In this document: positions 9,331 through 19,280 of the stretch, piece by piece
Layout: every line of letters starts with the position of its first letter
How positions within the stretch are numbered: position 1 is the first letter of the stretch
Source of the DNA: Deferrisomatales bacterium
Lineage (GTDB): Bacteria > Desulfobacterota > Deferrisomatia > Deferrisomatales > JACRMM01
Reading direction: 5' to 3'
Length of the DNA: 64,000 nt
NCBI GenBank assembly: GCA_033551855.1
Contig: JAWSUI010000002.1
Location: 64,001-128,000 of the forward strand
Notes under the pieces: generated by a model
What the model was told of the DNA's origin: nothing
Database searches by the model: none
What the model saw: the letters and a program-made list of their open reading frames with translations, nothing else
Translations under genes and position numbers: made by a program

Positions 9331-10206
9331 GTGAAGCGACTGCTGATACTGCTAGGCTTCTTCCTGGCCCTCGTGGCCGGAGTGGTGCTGACCCTGGTGG
9401 CGGTCGCCGTCTGGCGGGGGGAGTCGGCCCTTCCGCGGGGGGAGCGGCTGGGGGTTGTGGAGCTCAAGGGGTTCATCTCCAACGCCGAACCCACCGTGGA
9501 CGCCCTGAGAGCCCTCGCGGCCGATGGCGACGTCAAGGCAGTGGTGCTGCGGGTGGAGAGCCCCGGGGGCGGCATCGCTCCTTCCCAGGAGATCCATGAC
9601 CAGGTGGCGCGCACCGCCGCCGCGAAGCCCGTGGTGGTTTCCATGGGTGCCTTGGCCACCTCGGGCGGGTACTACGTCTCGGCTCCGGCGACCCGTATCG
9701 TGGCCAACCCGGGCACCGCCACCGGTTCCATCGGCGTCCTGATCCAGTTCAAGGAGATGCACGCCCTGTTCGACAAGATGGGGTTGCGGACGCGGATCGT
9801 GAAGAGCGGCCCCCTGAAGGACGCCGGCTCGCCCTTTCGGGAAATGAGCGCAGAGGAGACGGCCGTCTTTCAAGGGCTCGTCGACGACCTCTTCGACCAG
9901 TTCGTCGAGGCGGTGGCAGAGGGCCGGGGGCTGGCCTCCGAGATCGTCCGGGGCATGGCGGACGGCAGGGTCTACTCGGGGCGCCAGGCACTGGAGCTGG
10001 GGCTCGTCGACCGGCTCGGCGGATTCTGGGACGCCGTGGACCTCGCCGGAGAGCTCGGGGGCATCTCAGGGGAGCCGAAGCTCGATTACCGGCGCAAGAA
10101 GCCCAAGGGGGTGCTCCGCTGGATCCTCGGTGAGGACCAGGGGGCGCTGGCCCCCCTTGAGGAGGCCTATGCTCCTCCCCCCCGCTATTCCCTGCCCGGT
10201 TGGTAG
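9331..10206 (+). CDS. sppA: Signal peptide peptidase SppA (36K type)
   Basis: N-terminal TM; LRVESPGGG, VVVSMGALATSGGYY, TGSIGV, KSGPLKD, ADGRVYSGRQA. Confidence 0.93.
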   Translation: MKRLLILLGFFLALVAGVVLTLVAVAVWRGESALPRGERLGVVELKGFISNAEPTVDALRALAADGDVKAVVLRVESPGGGIAPSQEIHDQVARTAAAKPVVVSMGALATSGGYYVSAPATRIVANPGTATGSIGVLIQFKEMHALFDKMGLRTRIVKSGPLKDAGSPFREMSAEETAVFQGLVDDLFDQFVEAVAEGRGLASEIVRGMADGRVYSGRQALELGLVDRLGGFWDAVDLAGELGGISGEPKLDYRRKKPKGVLRWILGEDQGALAPLEEAYAPPPRYSLPGW

Positions 10207-10237
10207 GGAGCAGGCGACCGGCCCGGTTCTGAGTCCC

Positions 10238-11860
10238 TTGGACGCCTTCCTCCTGGCCCGCCTCGGTGCCCATCTCTCCCGGCTATGGACCGGAGCCCAC
10301 GTGCAGGGAGTGTGGCAGGACCTCGTCGGCCGCCTCGTGCTGCGCCTGCGAGTGCCCGGCCGCACCGCCCACCTGGTTCTGAGCCCCGGCCCGGAGGTCC
10401 CGGGACTGGGTCTCACACGCAGGCGCCCCGCGTGCCCCCCCGCTCCGCCGGCCCTCGCTGCGTACTTGAGGGCCCACGCCGAAGGAGGGCGACTCGAGGG
10501 GGTTCGGTGCCAGCCCTTCGAGCGAGCCGTGGAGCTGGTCGTGCGGAGGGGCGAGGGGCGGGTCCGGGTGGTCTTGGAAGCCATCGGTCGGTGGGGGATG
10601 CTCCTCGCCCTGGACTCCGAGGGACGGGTGCGGGCGGCATCGCGCTGGGGGGGGGCCAAGCGCAGCACGTTGCGGCCCTTGGAGCCCGGCGCTCCCTACC
10701 GCCCACCGCCCGCCCTCGGCAAGGCGAGGCCCGATCGGGTGCTCCCCGCCGAGATCACACAGTGGACGGCCCAGGGGGAGCCCCTGCATCGCCGCATCCT
10801 CGGTCTGAGCCCCGCGCTCTCGGCCGAAGTGCTCCACCGCCGGACAGCGGGCTCTTCCGACTGGGGGGCGTTTGTCTCCGTCAGGGAAGCGTACGGCCGG
10901 CCGGGTCCCGTGTGGGAATACACCGACGGCCTCTCCGCAGTGGAGCTGACCGGTCGAGGGGCGCCCCGGGCCGTCCACCAGCCGGGGGAGTCGCTGTACC
11001 GGGCGGGGTCGTGGCTCGAAGAGGAGCTGGGCCGCGTCCGGGCCGCCGCCGCCCGTCACCGCCGGGAGCGGCAGGAGATCGCCTTCCGGGAGCGCCTGGA
11101 GCGGCGCCAGGCGCGCATACGAGACGATCTGGATGGCCTGCCCGACATCGCTTCGCTGAAGCACCAGGCCGAGGCCTTGGGGGCGCATCTGTACCGGGTG
11201 ACCCCTGGGGCGCCGTGGGCCGACGTTCCCGACCCTCATGACCCGAACCGGACGTGGCGCATCTGCCTGGACCCGGCCCTCGGGCCGGGGGGCAACCTCG
11301 ATCGGTTGTACGGGCGCGTCCGCCGTGCCCGGGCGGCCCGCGCGGCCCTGGAGGCCCGCCTGGAAGAGACTCGCTGCGAGCTCGTCGCAGGTCTGCCTTC
11401 CTCGGGGGAGGCCCCCCCCCCGGACAGCAGGCAGCGGCCTTCCCAACGGGAGACTTTCCGGCGGTTTGTCTCTTCGGACGGCTGGGCCATCTGGGTGGGG
11501 CGCAACGGCGCCGAGAACGACAGGCTCTTGCGGGAGGCCCGCCCCTGGGATCTGTGGCTGCACGCCCGCGAGGGCCCCGGGGCCCATGTGCTGCTGCGCA
11601 AGCCGGGCCGGGAGTCGCGACCGCCGGACCGGACCCTGGCGGAGGCGGCGGGCCTGGCAGCGCAGCACTCTCGGAGGCGGGGGGATGCCGGTGTGGATGT
11701 CATGGTGGCGGAGGTGGCCCGGGTTCGGAGGGCGAAGGGCGGCGGGAAGGGGCGGGTGCTGGTGAGCGGGGAGCGCACCCTGTGGGTCACCCCGGGGGCG
11801 GGGAGCCCGCGGCCGGCCCCCGGGCCCGTCCGCCCTGGGGGTCCCCGTCCGGGGGGTTGA
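10238..11860 (+). CDS. rqcH: NFACT family protein (RqcH/FbpA-like)
   Basis: NFACT-N (PFERAVEL, LEAIGR, GAPYRPPP), coiled coil, NFACT-R IWVGRNGAENDRL...DLWLHAREGPGAHVLLR...AAGLAA. Start at TTG 10238 or CTG 10229. Confidence 0.8.
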   Translation: MDAFLLARLGAHLSRLWTGAHVQGVWQDLVGRLVLRLRVPGRTAHLVLSPGPEVPGLGLTRRRPACPPAPPALAAYLRAHAEGGRLEGVRCQPFERAVELVVRRGEGRVRVVLEAIGRWGMLLALDSEGRVRAASRWGGAKRSTLRPLEPGAPYRPPPALGKARPDRVLPAEITQWTAQGEPLHRRILGLSPALSAEVLHRRTAGSSDWGAFVSVREAYGRPGPVWEYTDGLSAVELTGRGAPRAVHQPGESLYRAGSWLEEELGRVRAAAARHRRERQEIAFRERLERRQARIRDDLDGLPDIASLKHQAEALGAHLYRVTPGAPWADVPDPHDPNRTWRICLDPALGPGGNLDRLYGRVRRARAARAALEARLEETRCELVAGLPSSGEAPPPDSRQRPSQRETFRRFVSSDGWAIWVGRNGAENDRLLREARPWDLWLHAREGPGAHVLLRKPGRESRPPDRTLAEAAGLAAQHSRRRGDAGVDVMVAEVARVRRAKGGGKGRVLVSGERTLWVTPGAGSPRPAPGPVRPGGPRPGG

Positions 11861-11981
11861 TGCCCCCCCTGCGCTGGGCTACCATGCCCCATCGACCTGG
11901 GTGGACGGGAGGCGGGCATGATCCGCAGGAAACGGGAAGCCCTGACCGGGCGGATTCCGGGCGCGGTGGGCTGAGGGGCCG

Positions 11982-12431
11982 TTGCGGGCTGTCGTGCAGC
12001 GCGTGAGCCGCGCCCAGGTCCGGGTGGGCGGCCGGCCGGTGGGTTCCGTGGGGACCGGTTTCGCGGTCCTGGTCGGCGTGGAGGCCGGTGACGGCGAGGC
12101 CGACGCCCAGTACGTCGTGGAGAAGGTCGTCGGCCTGCGGGCCTTCGAGGATCTCCAGGGTAAGATGAACCTCTGCCTGCAGGACGTCGGCGGTGGCGTC
12201 CTCTTGGTGAGCCAGTTCACGCTCCTGGCGGACTGCCGCAAGGGGCGCCGACCGTCCTTCACGGAGGCGGCAGGCCCGGACCTGGCGGAGACCCTGTACC
12301 TCGCCGTGGCCCGCGGGCTCCGGGAGCGCGGCCTGTCGGTGGCCACCGGCGCATTCCGAGCTGACATGGAGGTGGAGTTGGTGAACCAGGGACCGGTGAC
12401 CCTGCTCCTGGATTCCCGGAGACGGTTCTGA
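11982..12431 (+). CDS. dtd: D-aminoacyl-tRNA deacylase
   Basis: MRAVVQRV, SQFTL, GRRPSF, GAFRADM..LVNQGPVT. Confidence 0.95.
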   Translation: MRAVVQRVSRAQVRVGGRPVGSVGTGFAVLVGVEAGDGEADAQYVVEKVVGLRAFEDLQGKMNLCLQDVGGGVLLVSQFTLLADCRKGRRPSFTEAAGPDLAETLYLAVARGLRERGLSVATGAFRADMEVELVNQGPVTLLLDSRRRF

Positions 12432-12515
12432 CGAGGGCGGCCTCCGGCCCTTCTGCCCCCCTTGCGACGGTTCGGGGGTACACACCAAACGAGTCCGGGC
12501 CGTGCGAGGTCAGCC

Positions 12516-13013
12516 ATGCTCCTGGGGGTTCTCTCCGACACCCACCTGTGTGCCCCCCAGGGGCGGCTTCGGGAGCTCCTCGCGGGACCCCTGGGGGAGG
12601 CGGAGGTGCTCCTGCATGCCGGGGACTACACCGGGGAGACCGTGGTGGATTACCTGGAGCACGGCGACCCCCGACCGTTCTACGGGGTGGCTGGAAACGC
12701 CGATCCCATGTCGGTGGTTCGCCGTCTCCCGGCCACGCGCCTCTTGAGCTTGGCCGGCCGTCGGGTGGGGCTGGTGCACGGGTGGGGCTCGTCCGAGGGA
12801 CTGGAAGACCGAATCCTGGCGAGCCTGCCGCAGGGGCTGGATCTCGTCGTCTACGGGCACAGCCACCGCCCGCGCCGGGCGGAGCGGGGCGAAACCCTGC
12901 TGGTCAACCCCGGCTCTGCCTTCGACCGCCGCAGTGCCCCGGCGTGCACCGTGGCACTGGTGGAGCTGGGGTGCTCTGGAATGGGAGTCCGTTTCGAGGA
13001 GGTCGGGTGTTGA
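12516..13013 (+). CDS. YfcE-family metallophosphoesterase
   Basis: SDTH, HAGD, GNAD, HG, GHSH, NPGS motifs. Confidence 0.9.
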   Translation: MLLGVLSDTHLCAPQGRLRELLAGPLGEAEVLLHAGDYTGETVVDYLEHGDPRPFYGVAGNADPMSVVRRLPATRLLSLAGRRVGLVHGWGSSEGLEDRILASLPQGLDLVVYGHSHRPRRAERGETLLVNPGSAFDRRSAPACTVALVELGCSGMGVRFEEVGC

Positions 13014-13525
13014 CGAGCCGGAACCTGTGGGCTCCCTGGCGCATCGAGTACATCCGGGGACCCAAGGGGCCGGGGTGCCCCTTTTGCGAGGCGCTGGCGG
13101 CTCGGGCGGACCGGCAGCATCTGGTTCTGCACCGGGGGGAGCACGCCTTTGCCATCCTCAACCGGTACCCCTACACGGCCGGGCACCTCATGGTGGTTCC
13201 CAACCGCCACGTGGCGTCGATCGAGGACCTCGAGGCGCCGGAGGTGGCGGAGCTCTGGGCTTTCGCGGTCCGGGCACGGACGGCGCTGGAGGCCGTGTTC
13301 CGCCCCGACGGGTACAATCTGGGCTTGAATCTGGGGCCCGCCGCCGGGGCAGGGATCAAGGAGCACCTGCACGTGCACGTCGTGCCCCGGTGGGCCGGCG
13401 ACACCAACTTCATGCCCGTGCTGGGAAGCGTCCGCGTCATCTCGCAGCACTTGGCAGAGATCTACGAGTCCCTGGCGCCCTGCTTCCTTGCAGCGCCTCC
13501 CACAAGAACCACCGGCGGAGAGTGA
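13010..13525 (+). CDS. HIT family nucleotide hydrolase (Ap4A phosphorylase-like)
   Basis: LWAPWR..YI, CPFC, LNRYPYTAGHLMVVP, HLHVHVVPRW..DTNFM; TTGA overlap with the upstream stop. Confidence 0.92.
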   Translation: MTSRNLWAPWRIEYIRGPKGPGCPFCEALAARADRQHLVLHRGEHAFAILNRYPYTAGHLMVVPNRHVASIEDLEAPEVAELWAFAVRARTALEAVFRPDGYNLGLNLGPAAGAGIKEHLHVHVVPRWAGDTNFMPVLGSVRVISQHLAEIYESLAPCFLAAPPTRTTGGE

Positions 13526-13528
13526 CCC

Positions 13529-13996
13529 ATGCTGGCCTTCGTCAAGAAGATCCTGTTCGCACTGGTGCTGGCGGCCGTCGTGATCTTCGGTTTCCAGACG
13601 GAGAACCTGGAGGCCCTCGGGGCCACCATGCAGTTTCACTTCAAGGTCTGGGACCTGTGGGACATCTACACGACGCCCAAGTTCCCGGTGGCTCTGCTGT
13701 TTATCGTCTTCTTCCTCCTCGGGATCCTCACGGCGGGGTTTCACGGGATCTACGAGAGACTTGCGCGGAAGGTGGAGATCCGGGCACGGGACAAGCGGAT
13801 TCGGGAGCTGGAGAAGGAGCTCGGGGCCCTGCGGGCCGAAGCTGCGGCGCTCAAGCCGCCCCCGCCCGCGGACGAGGCCGTCGCCCAGATTCCAGCCCCC
13901 TTCCCCGCGGCTCCCCAGCGAGGGGAGGATGCTCCGGCCCGGCGGCCCCAGGGAGCCCCGGGGTCCCGTCCGTCGGAAGAAGAGCCGACTCTCTGA
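13529..13996 (+). CDS. lapA: LapA-domain (lipopolysaccharide assembly protein A) membrane protein
   Basis: Two TM segments, FQTEN..., P-VALL motif, coiled coil IRELEKELGALR; typical HIT-lapA context. Confidence 0.7.
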   Translation: MLAFVKKILFALVLAAVVIFGFQTENLEALGATMQFHFKVWDLWDIYTTPKFPVALLFIVFFLLGILTAGFHGIYERLARKVEIRARDKRIRELEKELGALRAEAAALKPPPPADEAVAQIPAPFPAAPQRGEDAPARRPQGAPGSRPSEEEPTL

Positions 13997-14049
13997 AAAG
14001 GGGTGCGCCCGCCCGCCTCCCACACCCCCCCGTCGGAGCCCCTTCCTGC

Positions 14050-16716
14050 ATGACACGCGAAACAGCAGCCGGCCCGGCCCCCGGTGTCCACGCCAAGCGG
14101 ACGCCCATGATGCGCCAGTACCTGGACCTCAAACAGGAGCATCCCGGCTGCATCCTCCTGTTCCGCCTGGGGGACTTCTACGAGATGTTCTTCGAGGACG
14201 CGGAGGTGGCGTCGCGCGTTCTGGAGATCACCTTGACCAGTCGAGACAAGGGGGACGGGGCGGTGCCCATGTGCGGGGTTCCCTGGCACGCGGCCCGCGG
14301 CTACATCGGCAAGCTCGTGGAGAGCGGGTACAAGGTGGCCGTGTGCGATCAGGTGGAGGACCCCCGGCAGGCCAAGGGGCTGGTCCGCCGCGAGGTGGTC
14401 CAGGTGATCACCCCCGGCCTCGTGACCGACACCGAGCTCATCGAGGCGAAGCGCGCCCAATACCTGTTGGCGCTCCACGCCGGCCGGCGGTCGGTGGGGT
14501 TTGCGTACGCCGACGTTACCACGGGGGAGTTCCGGGTGGGGGAGGTCTCGGACTGGGGAGCGGCCGCGGACGAGTTGGCCCGGGTGGAACCGAAAGAGGT
14601 CCTCGTCGCCGAGGGGCACGAGCAGGAGTTGCCCAGGGATCTCCTCCCCTCCGGCCTCGCGGCCACGGCCGTCCCGGCCCAGGGCTTCGAGGCCCGGCGC
14701 GCGCGCCGGGCGCTGCTGGCGCACCTGGGGGTGGGGGACCTGGCGGGGTACGGTGTCGATGACCTGGGGGAGGGTCTCAGGGCGGCGGGGGCGGTGCTCG
14801 CGTACGTCGAGGCCCATTACAAGGGAGGGCTCGCCACCCTGCGCGGCCTGACGCGCCACCGCAGCGGAGGCGCACTCGTCCTGGACGAGCCCACCAAACG
14901 CAATCTCGAACTCTTCCGGACCCTGTCGGGCGACCGCAGGGAAGGCTCGCTCCTCCATCTGCTCGACCGGACCCGCACCGCCATGGGGGGCCGCTGCCTC
15001 CGGGAGTGGCTCGCCTTTCCCCTCGTGGACCCGGTCGCCATCGATGGGCGTCTGGATGCCGTGGGCGAGCTCGCGCGGCGGGGCGAGACCCGCCGCCGCC
15101 TCCGCGATGGTTTGCGGGCTGTGCATGACGTGGCTCGGCTCGGGGGCAAGGCGGCCATGGGCACCGCCAATGCCCGAGACCTGGTGGCCCTGCGCCGGTC
15201 CCTTCAGGCGATTCCGGCCCTGGTCTCGGTTCTGGAGGGGACGGAGTCGTGCCTGCTCGCGGAGGTCGCTGGGGGGCTCGACCCGGTGCCCGAGGTCGCT
15301 AGGCTCCTGGAGCGGGCCCTGGCCGACGATCCGCCCGTGGTGCTGACCGAGGGCGGGCTCCTTCGCGACGGCCACCACCCCGAGGTCGATGAGCTGCGGG
15401 CCATCCAGCGAGACGGGCGGGGCTGGATCGCCCGGCTCCAGGCGAGGGAGAGGGCGCGCACGGGCATCGCGTCCCTCAAGGTCGGGTTCAACAAGGTCTT
15501 CGGGTACTTCCTGGAGGTCACCCGGGCGAATCTGGGCTCGGTTCCGGCGGACTACGAGCGGCGCCAGACCCTGGCGAACGCCGAGCGCTTCGTGACCCCG
15601 GAGCTCAAGGAGATGGAGGCCAAGGTGCTTGGCGCCGAGGACCGGGCCAGGGCGCTGGAGTACGAGGCCTTCCTGGGGCTGCGCCGGACCGTGGCCGGCC
15701 ACCTCGACCGACTCCAGGCGACGGCCCATGCCCTGGCAGCCCTGGACGTGCTGGCCGGCCTGGCGGATCTGGCGGTCGAGGGGGGCTACGTGCGGCCCCG
15801 GCTCCAGCCCGAAATGGCCATCGAGATCCGGGGAGGCCGACATCCGGTGGTGGAGAGCCTGACCGAGGAGCGGTTCGTCCCGAACGACGTGTGCCTCGAC
15901 GAGGACGCCCGGCTGCTGATCGTGACCGGACCCAACATGGCCGGCAAGTCCACGATCCTGCGGCAGACCGCCCTCATCGTCCTCTTGGCGCAGATGGGCT
16001 CCTTCGTCCCGGCGGAGAGCGCCCGGCTCGGCGTCGTGGACCGGGTCTTCACCCGGGTGGGAGCATCGGACGACTTGGCCCGGGGCCGCTCGACCTTCAT
16101 GGTGGAGATGACCGAGACGGCGAACATTCTTCGCCACGCCACGGCCCGGAGCCTCGTGGTGCTCGACGAGATCGGTCGAGGCACGTCGACCTTCGATGGT
16201 CTGTCCATCGCCTGGGCGGTGGCGGAGCACCTCCACGACCTGGCGGCCCCCACGCTCTTTGCCACCCATTACCACGAGCTCACCGACCTCGCGCGGACGC
16301 TGAAGGGCGTGGCCAATTTCAACGTCGCCGTCAAGGAGTGGGGTGGGCAGGTCATCTTCTTGCGGCGTTTGGTGGAAGGGGGCGCCAGCCGCTCCTACGG
16401 CATTCAGGTGGCGCGCCTCGCGGGGGTTCCGGACCGGGTCCTCCGCAGGGCCCGGGAGGTGCTCGGAAATCTGGAGGCCGGCGAGCTCGACGAGACGGGC
16501 CAGCCCCGGTTCGCCCTCTCCGCGAGGGTTCCGCCCCAGCCCGGGGGGCGCCAGTTGCAGCTCTTTGCCGGGGCGCTCGAGCGGAAGCGGGATGCCCTGG
16601 TGCGGGAGCTGGCGGACCAGGCCGTGGAGCATCTCACCCCCGTGGAGGCTCTGGTGCTGCTGCAGGAGTTGCGGGATCGGGCGCGCGCCCTGCGCGCCGA
16701 AGGGGAGCGGCGATGA
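14050..16716 (+). CDS. mutS: DNA mismatch repair protein MutS
   Basis: TPMMRQY, FRLGDFYEMF, TGPNMAGKST, DDLARGRSTFMVEM, DEIGRGTST, ATHYHELT. Confidence 0.97.
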   Translation: MTRETAAGPAPGVHAKRTPMMRQYLDLKQEHPGCILLFRLGDFYEMFFEDAEVASRVLEITLTSRDKGDGAVPMCGVPWHAARGYIGKLVESGYKVAVCDQVEDPRQAKGLVRREVVQVITPGLVTDTELIEAKRAQYLLALHAGRRSVGFAYADVTTGEFRVGEVSDWGAAADELARVEPKEVLVAEGHEQELPRDLLPSGLAATAVPAQGFEARRARRALLAHLGVGDLAGYGVDDLGEGLRAAGAVLAYVEAHYKGGLATLRGLTRHRSGGALVLDEPTKRNLELFRTLSGDRREGSLLHLLDRTRTAMGGRCLREWLAFPLVDPVAIDGRLDAVGELARRGETRRRLRDGLRAVHDVARLGGKAAMGTANARDLVALRRSLQAIPALVSVLEGTESCLLAEVAGGLDPVPEVARLLERALADDPPVVLTEGGLLRDGHHPEVDELRAIQRDGRGWIARLQARERARTGIASLKVGFNKVFGYFLEVTRANLGSVPADYERRQTLANAERFVTPELKEMEAKVLGAEDRARALEYEAFLGLRRTVAGHLDRLQATAHALAALDVLAGLADLAVEGGYVRPRLQPEMAIEIRGGRHPVVESLTEERFVPNDVCLDEDARLLIVTGPNMAGKSTILRQTALIVLLAQMGSFVPAESARLGVVDRVFTRVGASDDLARGRSTFMVEMTETANILRHATARSLVVLDEIGRGTSTFDGLSIAWAVAEHLHDLAAPTLFATHYHELTDLARTLKGVANFNVAVKEWGGQVIFLRRLVEGGASRSYGIQVARLAGVPDRVLRRAREVLGNLEAGELDETGQPRFALSARVPPQPGGRQLQLFAGALERKRDALVRELADQAVEHLTPVEALVLLQELRDRARALRAEGERR

Positions 16717-18344
16717 AGATTCTGGTGCTGGCGGCGTTCCTGTCCGTGCCCGGCATCGCCTGGTCGGGCTTCGGGGAGGCGGCTCCCCACGCCCTTCGGG
16801 CCTACCTGGCGGAGAGGTCCGGGGAGCCGGAGGAGGCGCTCGCCGCCCTGCTCCAGGCGCTGGGGGCCGATCCCGAGTCTGCGATACTGCGCTTGGAGGC
16901 GGCCCGTCTGTACCTGACCCAACGCCGTTTCCAGGAGGCGCTGGAGATCGTCGAGCGCGGCGGCGAGCTGCGTCCGGGGGAACCCCGTCTCCTGGTTCTC
17001 AAGGCCCGCATCCTCGAGGTCTTGGGACGGGTCGAGGAGGCCGTGGCGGCCGCACGGGAGGCGGGCCGAACCGCCGAGAGCGACGAGGCGAGTGCCCTGG
17101 CGGTGAGGCTCCTGGAAGGGCTCGGGCGCGGGGACGAGGCGTTGGGGGATGCCCGGCAGTGGGCGGAGTCCTCCCCTCGAAGCGCCGACGCCCGGTTCAC
17201 CCTCGGGAGGATGCTCCTGGGACGCGGGGAGCTTGAAGCGGCGCGGCAGGCCCTGACCCGGGCCTTGGCGCTGGACCCGAATCACCGGGGGAGCTTGCGG
17301 GCCCTCGCCCGGCTGGAGGAGGAGGAGGGCAACCTCGTCTCCGCGGAGGCGCTCTACCGGCGGGTAGTGGCTGCGAATCCGCACGACCTGGAGGCGCGCT
17401 ACCGGTTGGGGCACACCCTCCTCGTCCAAGGTAGGATGGATGAGGCGTTGACGATCTTCGAGGCGGCGGAGCGCTGGAGCGGGGGAGACCCGAGTGTCCG
17501 TTTCCGCCTCGGCGTGCTCCTCCTCCAGGCCGAGAGGGCGGGTGAGGCCGAGGCGGTATTCCGGACCATGGCGGAGGCCTACGGTGAGGATTCCCGGGCC
17601 TGGTACCTGCTGGGTGTGAGCCTCCTCGCCCAGAAGAAGTACGAGGAGGCGGTGGGTGCTTTCGACCGGGTCCCCCCCGAGGCGCCGGAGCACTCGGATT
17701 CCCTGGTGCGCAAGGCCATCTCCCTCGACGGGCTGGAGCGGAAAGCGGATGCAAGGGCCCTGCTCGAGGCTTGGCTGCAGGATCATCCCGAGGACGAGGA
17801 GGTCACCCTGGCTCTGGCGGGTCTGTGGGAGGACGACGCGGAGTACCGGCGGGCGGCGGACATGCTGGAGGCCTATCTCCGGCTGCGGGAGACCGACAAC
17901 GCCCGGGTCTTCTTCACCCTGGGCGTGCTGTTCGACAAGCTGAAGGACTGGCAGCGCAGCGCCGAGTTCATGCGGCGATCCCTGCAGTTGCACCCGGACG
18001 ACCCCCACGCTCTCAACTACTTGGGGTACACGTACGCGGAGCAGGGAGTGCACCTGGAGGAAGCCGAGAGGCTGATCCTCCGGGCGCTCGAGCTCAAGCC
18101 TGGCGATGGCTACATCATCGACAGCCTGGGGTGGGTGTACTACAAGCAGGGCCGCTACGCGCAAGCCGTGGAGACCCTGCGACAAGCCGTGGAGGCGGCT
18201 CCGTCGGATCCCATCATCTGGGAGCACCTGGGGGATGCCCTGGCCGCTGCCGGTGAGCCGGAGAAGGCGGCAGAGGCCTACCGCCGCACCCTGGAGTTGG
18301 CGCCGGAGACCGAGTCCGCCCGGCGGAAGCTGGAGAGCCTGTGA
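16713..18344 (+). CDS. Exported tetratricopeptide repeat protein
   Basis: Signal peptide, multiple TPRs, C-terminal ALNYLGYTYAE...IIDSLGWVYYKQG...EHLGD; ATGA overlap with mutS. Confidence 0.9.
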   Translation: MKILVLAAFLSVPGIAWSGFGEAAPHALRAYLAERSGEPEEALAALLQALGADPESAILRLEAARLYLTQRRFQEALEIVERGGELRPGEPRLLVLKARILEVLGRVEEAVAAAREAGRTAESDEASALAVRLLEGLGRGDEALGDARQWAESSPRSADARFTLGRMLLGRGELEAARQALTRALALDPNHRGSLRALARLEEEEGNLVSAEALYRRVVAANPHDLEARYRLGHTLLVQGRMDEALTIFEAAERWSGGDPSVRFRLGVLLLQAERAGEAEAVFRTMAEAYGEDSRAWYLLGVSLLAQKKYEEAVGAFDRVPPEAPEHSDSLVRKAISLDGLERKADARALLEAWLQDHPEDEEVTLALAGLWEDDAEYRRAADMLEAYLRLRETDNARVFFTLGVLFDKLKDWQRSAEFMRRSLQLHPDDPHALNYLGYTYAEQGVHLEEAERLILRALELKPGDGYIIDSLGWVYYKQGRYAQAVETLRQAVEAAPSDPIIWEHLGDALAAAGEPEKAAEAYRRTLELAPETESARRKLESL

Positions 18345-19159
18345 AGATTCCCCTGCGGTGCCTCCTTTGCGTGCTCCTCTTCCTCGGGGCGTGTGCGCCG
18401 AGGCCCGCGGTCAGGGAACCCGTGCGGACCCCGGCGGACCCGGCGCCTCTGGAGCAGAGCCTGCTGGCATACAACCGAGCCCCCGGGGCCGTCCGCCTGG
18501 AGGGGAGGCTGCGGATCGATGGCCTGGGGACCGCAGACTTTGGCGCCAGGGTCCGCAAGGGGGTGGGAATGCGGCTCGATGCGGTCGGCGGGCCGTTCTC
18601 CACGCCCGTCTTGTCCCTGGCCTGCCTGGCCGGGCCGAACGGCCTCTGCGAGGTGTATCTGCCGACCCGCCGCACCGCCTACCGGCAGGAGCCGGGCGCG
18701 GGGAGCGTCTGGCTCGAGGCCCTGCTTCGGGGCCGAGTGCACACTATCGGGACCCCGCAGGAGGCCTGGAACCTGTCGGACGGGCGGCGTCTCCTGGTCA
18801 TCCTCGGCGATGGGGGGTGGCGGCAGGAGGTCTTCTTCCTCGCCGGTTCCGACCTTCCCAGCCGAGTGGTCCTGATTCGAGACGGGGAGAGCCGACTGGA
18901 GATGACGTTCCGTGAGTTCACCGAGGTCGGGGGGCACCCGTTCCCGACCCGGGTGGCGCTGCGGACGCCGCAGGACGATGGGGGGTACGGATTCCACTTC
19001 CGGCGGGTCGTGGCCGATTCCGATCCCGCAGGCGACGCCTTCTCCCTGGTCTTGCCCCCGGGAACGGAGGTGGAGACCCTGAGCGGCGGTGCAGAGGACC
19101 CCCGGGTTCGGTTCCCTTTCTGGCTCCCGGCACCCCCTCCCCCATCGGACGGCTCGTGA
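18341..19159 (+). CDS. Lipoprotein, LolB/DUF4292-like
   Basis: Lipobox LGAC; GGPF motif, MTFREFTEVGGHPFPTRV, FSLVLPPG; follows the TPR gene. Confidence 0.6.
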   Translation: MKIPLRCLLCVLLFLGACAPRPAVREPVRTPADPAPLEQSLLAYNRAPGAVRLEGRLRIDGLGTADFGARVRKGVGMRLDAVGGPFSTPVLSLACLAGPNGLCEVYLPTRRTAYRQEPGAGSVWLEALLRGRVHTIGTPQEAWNLSDGRRLLVILGDGGWRQEVFFLAGSDLPSRVVLIRDGESRLEMTFREFTEVGGHPFPTRVALRTPQDDGGYGFHFRRVVADSDPAGDAFSLVLPPGTEVETLSGGAEDPRVRFPFWLPAPPPPSDGS

Positions 19160-19280
19160 GCGCATCCCTCGGCGCATCCCTTCGGCGGGCGGGGACAGGG
19201 CCGGTGAGGCCCGGCGGCCGTCGCTGGAACCCTCTCCCGGAGCGCCTGCGCGGGCACCCCGGGGGCGAGGCGGCGGGGTA

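Noticed and set aside
12934..14049. Long N-terminal extension of mutS in the ORF track
   Set aside because: Overlaps the HIT and lapA genes in another frame; an artefact of stop-poor GC-rich DNA.
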